NCBI GenBank assembly: GCA_030324005.1
Contig: JARDVH010000110.1
Span: forward strand, 21,826,989-21,890,988
DNA from: Negaprion brevirostris
Lineage: Eukaryota
Length of the DNA stretch: 64,000 bases
Direction: 5' to 3'
Part shown: one piece after another, positions 63,040 to 64,000 of the stretch
Position numbering within the stretch: position 1 is the stretch's first letter
Layout: each line of letters starts with the position of its first letter
Notes under the pieces: model-generated
What the model was told of the DNA's origin: nothing
Databases searched by the model: none
The model's input: only the letters and a program-made list of their open reading frames with translations
Made by a program: the position numbers and the translations under genes

Positions 63040-63390
63040 ATTATATACAGCCATGCCCATGGTCACCATGTCAGTTTATGCTTTTTTGTTGTTTTTATTC
63101 CAATTCAATCCAATCAACTCCAATTCAGAGTCTGAACAAGTTGGGACATTCCCGATCCAAGCTGACAAGACAAGGGTCTCAGCTCCTGTCTTGGGCTTGA
63201 TCTACATGATCCAAGCTGATTGGAGTAGGCACAGTTCCTCCTCCAAGACTTGATCTCATTTGCATTTTAGCCAAAAGGCCAAGCTGCCGCTTTTAAAAAT
63301 TGCTTCAAATGAAGCTGAAATGTAACCTAATGATTTCAACCAAGCACATCATGTCGATACCACATTTCATCTTAGCCAAAAGGCCAAGAA
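63040..63390 (-). mobile_element. U2-snRNA-headed retroposon-like element (SINEU-like, or 5' end of a U2-targeting LINE)
   Basis: U2 head, second internal U2 copy, three CAGCTTGG-initiated units, (GAATTG/GATTG)n and an A-rich tract. Confidence 0.6.
63356..63390 (-). pseudogene. U2 snRNA 5' fragment (nt 6-40)
   Basis: TTCTTGGCCTTTTGGCTAAGATGAAATGTGGTATC vs vertebrate U2 TTCTCGGCCTTTTGGCTAAGATCAAGTGTAGTATC: 31/35 identical. Confidence 0.9.
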
Positions 63391-63864
63391 TATGTTTAAG
63401 TAGAAGTGAAATGGCAATAGCCTATTTCGACTGCGTAGTAGGACATTAGGATTAGTCGGCATTTCTCTACAATACAGTTGCAGAATCAATGTAATAGAGA
63501 ACTTTTTGTCACTATTGTTTTCTAATAAAATGATTTTTAATTGCATCGAGGAACAAGTCATGCATTTTCTATAATATGAATTGTTTTTAAATACAGATAT
63601 TTGGTTGTTCCTGCTTGAGCACTTGATGTGATCCTGTGGCTTTGTAATTTAATATATTCATTGGCTGTATTTTCTAAAAAACTAAACAGGTCACAGTTGA
63701 CAATCTCTCACTTCTTCTTAAGTAGTCCCTCAGGATGGAGATTGACTTCCATTTCAGCTCCACGGAGTCCTAAGTGGCTGATAAGTCCAATGCATGATCT
63801 TAATCTTTTACTATTAGCACTATCGCACATTGACAGAACGCCTGTTGAGATTGTATCCACCTGT

Positions 63865-64000
63865 TGGAGAATTTAAGCACAGGGGCACAGTTTCAGAATG
63901 AGGGACCAATCACTTAGTGCTGAGATGAGGCGAAATTTCACTCTTTGGAATTCTCTGCCTCAAGAGGATTGTGAATGCCTCATCGTTGAAATAATTTACA
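63865..64000 (+). mobile_element. CR1 3' fragment
   Basis: AGGGGCACAGTTTCAGAAT...GAGATGAGGCGAAATTTC...TTTGGAATTCTCTGCC. Confidence 0.65.

Noticed and set aside
63356-63390. Functional U2 snRNA gene
   Set aside because: Only ~35 of ~190 nt are present, the branch-point-pairing sequence is mutated, and there is no Sm site.

Overview
Eukaryotic, repeat-dense, apparently non-coding DNA from a cartilaginous fish, most likely a shark. This is judged from many HE1/V-SINE copies, CR1 LINEs and Penelope-type repeats recognised from memory, not by database search. It is a draft assembly with about a dozen N-gaps. I found no intact host gene, tRNA/rRNA gene or CRISPR array. Recognisable ORFs are decayed transposon proteins: CR1 ORF1/RT, Gypsy gag-protease-RT-RNaseH, Harbinger nuclease and Myb/SANT, and RTE RT. 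The window looks like a large intron or gene desert with nested insertions, two old tandem duplications and several repeat-free islands that may be conserved enhancers. The most unusual item is a ~350-bp minus-strand element at ~63040-63390. It is headed by the 5' end of U2 snRNA and has a second internal U2 copy interrupted by an octamer motif. Also notable are a perfect 22-bp hairpin, Penelope hammerhead-like cores and a pentapeptide repeat inside a Harbinger transposase. Repeat boundaries are estimated by eye (roughly +/-20-50 bp).
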